From contig MU271203.1 in assembly GCA_021432655.1 (NCBI GenBank), positions 62,001 to 126,000 of the forward strand: a DNA stretch of 64,000 bases, given 5' to 3'. The notes beneath the pieces are model-generated. The model had not been told where the DNA came from and searched no databases. It saw nothing but the letters and a program-made list of their open reading frames with translations. The translations under genes were made by a program, and so were the position numbers. Positions 63,001 to 64,000 of the stretch are shown piece by piece; the first letter of the stretch is position 1, and each line of letters starts with the position of its first letter. This DNA comes from Atractiella rhizophila (lineage: Eukaryota).

Positions 63001-64000
63001 GTCGACATGTTGGACCAAACATGAATCTCATTTGGCATTGTCTGGATTACGGAAAGACGCTCAAGAGGCTGGAAAGTGGCAAGGGAGAGGATTCGAACAC
63101 GGATGACGAAGAGGAAGAACGACAGATAATGCAACAACGCAGGAAGCAGGAAGAACCTGATGAAGCCGCGTCCTCCGTCTCATCCAAGAACTCCTTCTCG
63201 ACCAGACTTTATGCTGGTTCCAATCAACTTCCCGATAACGAGTCCATGTTCTCTCAGGTTTCGACACCAGTTTCGATGAAACCTCCAGTTGTTATTGCAC
63301 CCATCCAGCCGAAAGCGAAACGAGCACCGCCGCCGCTGAAACTCAAAAAGGAGACGACGACAACGGTCCTTGCAGTCGGAGATGTTGACGACAAGGAAAG
63401 CGTCACCAGTCATGCCTCGTCGAAGTTAGACACGAAACACCAGTTATCGCCTCTTCCTCCTCACGTCGCTCCACCAATCCCCACCCCCTTCACCGCTCAT
63501 CCTGCGAAGACGACTTTTACAAGGCCTATGGCTCCGACGCCTCATACCGCGAGTGCTTTCAAAACCAGCTTCGGCAGCAAGAGCCAAGCTGCCTCTTCGT
63601 CCTTTAGCAAGATCTTTCCATCGTCTGCCTCGATCAAATCTGCTTCTTCTAAAGGTTCCAAGACATCTAAACTGTCCCGTCTGCGGTCGTCTAAGTTTGC
63701 CCTGCCTTTCCCTCTGCCCCCTTCTGTCACTACTCAGGTGGGTGTTCGCCTCTAGACACCGTCTCCGTTTCAAGTGCTGATCTTACTTGATGGTTAGGTG
63801 GATACCCCAACTGCGTCTGCATTCAAGCCTTCGCCAGCTTTGAATGCTCTTAATAACACAGCGCAAGCTACCGGAACATACACGAGAAAGCGAGGTGCTT
63901 CTCTTCTGGTATCAACCACTGCGAACATTGCGAGCGCGATTGCGAGCCCTCAGACCCCTGGACCGCCTCCCGCTACTCCCCATGGTAGGAGTAAGTCATT
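60087..64000 (+). CDS. Dual-specificity MAPK phosphatase, Msg5/Pmp1-like (3' partial)
   Basis: Motifs YQHGPKEILKGLYLGSE, WILNVA.E, Y.KL.W.H, VLVHCQCGISR|S and AYDFARKKS..VGPNM.LI. D-motif-like segments RRGPPSLNL and KKMLSLTV. Exon 60087-60245 splices in frame to 60416. Confidence 0.9.
61535..62359 (+). repeat. Coding tandem repeat of about 13 units, each about 20-24 aa
   Basis: Units RPPMSSIEP(S/T)FGGLPF(G/K)R+D/E and RGPKSSLAPSFG(G/A)LPF(K/R)R+D/E; 10 well conserved and 3 degenerate. Confidence 0.95.

Overview
Gene-dense, intron-rich fungal DNA with mostly 45-70 nt GT-AG introns; the gene content suggests a basidiomycete (inference). I reconstructed 25 intact protein-coding genes and one truncated gene copy by manual splicing. 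Conserved genes: DmpA/S58 peptidase, SAP-domain TKL kinase, TLC protein, DCN1-like, ATG15, ATG12, GET1, RTA1-like, GH15-CBM20 glucoamylase, CTI6-like PHD protein, SRV2/CAP, PHO81, SLT11, PhoD-like phosphatase, class I aminotransferase and an Msg5-type MAPK phosphatase (3' partial). An accessory-looking block at 15.3-25.7 kb holds an F-box/LRR gene with a 1.05 kb tandem duplication, two paralogous Zn2Cys6 factors and a GNAT. The most unusual signals are: (1) a kinase with WNK-like displacement of the catalytic lysine; (2) a synonymously diverged peptide repeat array inside the phosphatase catalytic domain; (3) a truncated F-box duplicate whose coding differences are all synonymous; (4) a multi-exon 7TM/GPCR-like gene that the ORF track shows only as fragments; (5) several long, apparently structured introns. 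No tRNA, rRNA, CRISPR array or intact transposon was recognised. Exon boundaries were read by eye, and family names come from motif recognition, not database searches.
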